Positions 62,348 through 64,000 of a stretch of DNA of 64,000 nt are shown piece by piece; positions within the stretch are counted from its first letter, which is position 1, and every line of letters begins with the position of its first letter. The notes beneath the pieces are model-generated. The model worked only from the letters and a program-made list of their open reading frames with translations, was not told the DNA's origin and ran no database searches. The translations under genes were made by a program, and so were the position numbers. Source of the DNA: Balanoglossus misakiensis (taxonomy: Eukaryota > Animalia > Hemichordata); the NCBI GenBank assembly GCA_040954595.2, contig CM082576.2, positions 9,985,129 to 10,049,128 of the forward strand. The letters are read 5' to 3'.

Positions 62348-63935
62348 CCAGACCAGGAAATATCAAAGCATTCATTTTCTGCATTTCATGTTTATAGGAA
62401 AGATTTCAAGTTTAAGCCTTTCAACAAAGGAGTCAGAGTGTTTACAGAGGTGGCACCAGTTCCGTCAACATCTTCAGCAGCAGTGTAAGTTTTCCATCGA
62501 TGGACATTTTTCTTCTTGATCCTCTAAGTTGAAGAAAGGGATGAGCAAGTAACTTTGAAAACAGATGAAAATGTGATATAGAGTGAAACTTCAGAAAGAT
62601 TTGTACATTTTGTAATTGCCCTCTCTGTGATCATAGGCTAGGGGAGAGCACCCTCAATAATGGCTTTTTAAATATAAGAGCTAAAATCTCTGTTTCCTCA
62701 TTTTGTAAAGTTTGATGCGAAATTCCTCTCTGCCTTGTGCAAATGGATTAATAGACTGTATATACTGTAACAGCCATGACATCTCAATAAAGAAACCGCA
62801 ATGAATGTTCATCATTTTTTTAATCCCACTGCAGAGCTGCACCACCACCAGATAAACCACTGCAGAATGTCAAGGTTGGTCTGATCGGCAAACTGAGTAA
62901 AACAAATAAAAATGTCACTAAGGAGATCAAAGACCTCGGCGGGGAAGTGGTAACCAAAGTTGATTCAACAGTTGCCTGCTGCATTAGCACTCAGGGTTGG
63001 TATTATTGCATTTTGAAGACATAATGGGAGGAAAAGTAACATTTTGATTCTGCTATTAATTAGAGGGACGAAAAGGCAAATCAGTATGAGAAAGTGTCCT
63101 CAACAGCTGTAAAAAGGCACACAAGTTTGTAACGGACCATAAAATTAAATTGAGTTTATCCAGTCAATTTTCACAGTACTGTATATAAAAAGTAACATTG
63201 AATCAGCATACCCTTCTCACCAAAGAAAGGACCAATTTATAATCCTCTTTTATGATAGCTGAAGTCAAGAAAATGGCCAAGAAGATGAAGGATGCAAAGT
63301 CAGCGGATGTCCACATCGTCTCAGAAGATTTCTTGGAGAACATCAAGAAGGGAGGGGCTGCTCTTATGATTGCTAAACACAGCATTGCATCATGGGGCGC
63401 AGATGTAAGTACATGTACTCCCCAAAATGAAAAGGGAAAAGCACCGTCTGGTTTGAAGATTTAATTTGAAATTTCCGAGCAGACAATAGTCTGTGTGGTC
63501 TTTCCTGATCAAGTTCCATGGCTGGATGTCAATTATCTTTGGTACAGGATTCATGAATGGAGAACGACCAGACAGCTTAAGGTTTTGTGACAGAAAAATC
63601 AGCTGGTCTCGAGTCGGTATCAAGTATTTCAAAATTGGCGTAATCTTGAATGACTTTTCTTTTCAGCCTGCTGCTAGAATTAACAGCAACATGACTCAAG
63701 TGGATGCTGGGCCAAGCAAGGATGACTGTATGTTCCATTTATTTTTCATTTCATAGAACGTTGTAGAGATTTTTCATAAGAGTCAGTGACTGTCGATGCA
63801 AAATTCTACTCTGTTATCTGTGCTAACTTATTCTTTACTATTGTTTGATCACAGTGGAAGAACTGAAATACAAGAAGGACGTTGATACGCTGAAGATGAT
63901 GGTGAAGGGCGGGGCTGCTGTGGACCCAGACTCTG
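59386..63935 (+). CDS. PARP1: PARP1 paralog, copy B (exons 1-12; continues beyond right edge)
   Basis: Exons: 59386-59502, 60150-60237, 60427-60611, 61004-61215, 61503-61587, 61751-61867, 62053-62258, 62398-62484, 62835-62995, 63259-63404, 63667-63727, 63855-63935. Same intron positions and phases as copy A. Zn1, Zn2, Zn3, BRCT and [11 protein letters not shown] are present with no stops. Confidence 0.95.
59751..59764. promoter_or_regulatory. RFX X-box-like motif in PARP1-B intron 1
   Basis: GTTGCCACAGCAAC. Confidence 0.35.
60849..60904 (+). mobile_element. Miniature piggyBac-like element (TTAA|CCCT...AGGG|TTAA); related copies at 61265-61312 and 63967-64000
   Basis: TTAA flanks and CCC/GGG termini; TCACCCCCAGTTCC core shared by three loci. 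Confidence 0.65.
62296..62347. repeat. (GAT)n microsatellite, intronic
   Basis: Direct reading; explains the poly-D/M/H ORFs in the ORF track. Confidence 0.95.
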
Positions 63936-64000
63936 GTATGTCAACAAATAAATCAAGTGGTCTTAACCCTTTCACCCCCCAGTTCCCTCTTTAGAGGTCC

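Noticed and set aside
62145-62519. Poly-His, poly-Met and poly-Asp ORFs
   Set aside because: Translations of an intronic (GAT)n microsatellite

Overview
Eukaryotic, intron-rich genomic DNA from a bilaterian invertebrate (species not identifiable from sequence alone). The minus strand carries the 5' part of a protein kinase D gene (exons 1-7, running off the left edge). Its 20-kb first intron holds a 4.3-kb head-to-tail array of a Helentron/HINE-like non-autonomous element with ~239-bp internal repeats. Divergently transcribed is a complete 23-exon PARP1 gene (copy A, 997 aa), whose last intron is U12-type and splits the catalytic Glu codon. Its 15-kb intron 12 contains a nested antisense class A GPCR and a non-autonomous Ngaro/PAT-type tyrosine-recombinase retroelement with identical split direct repeats, intact gag, no RT and a dead recombinase. 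Next come an intronless M6/proteolipid-family gene and a second, diverged tandem PARP1 paralog (copy B, exons 1-12, running off the right edge), which lacks the KS auto-modification motifs kept in copy A. Several MITEs, hairpins and RFX X-box-like motifs are also present. Exon coordinates were read by hand from splice signals and reading frame; no database searches were run.
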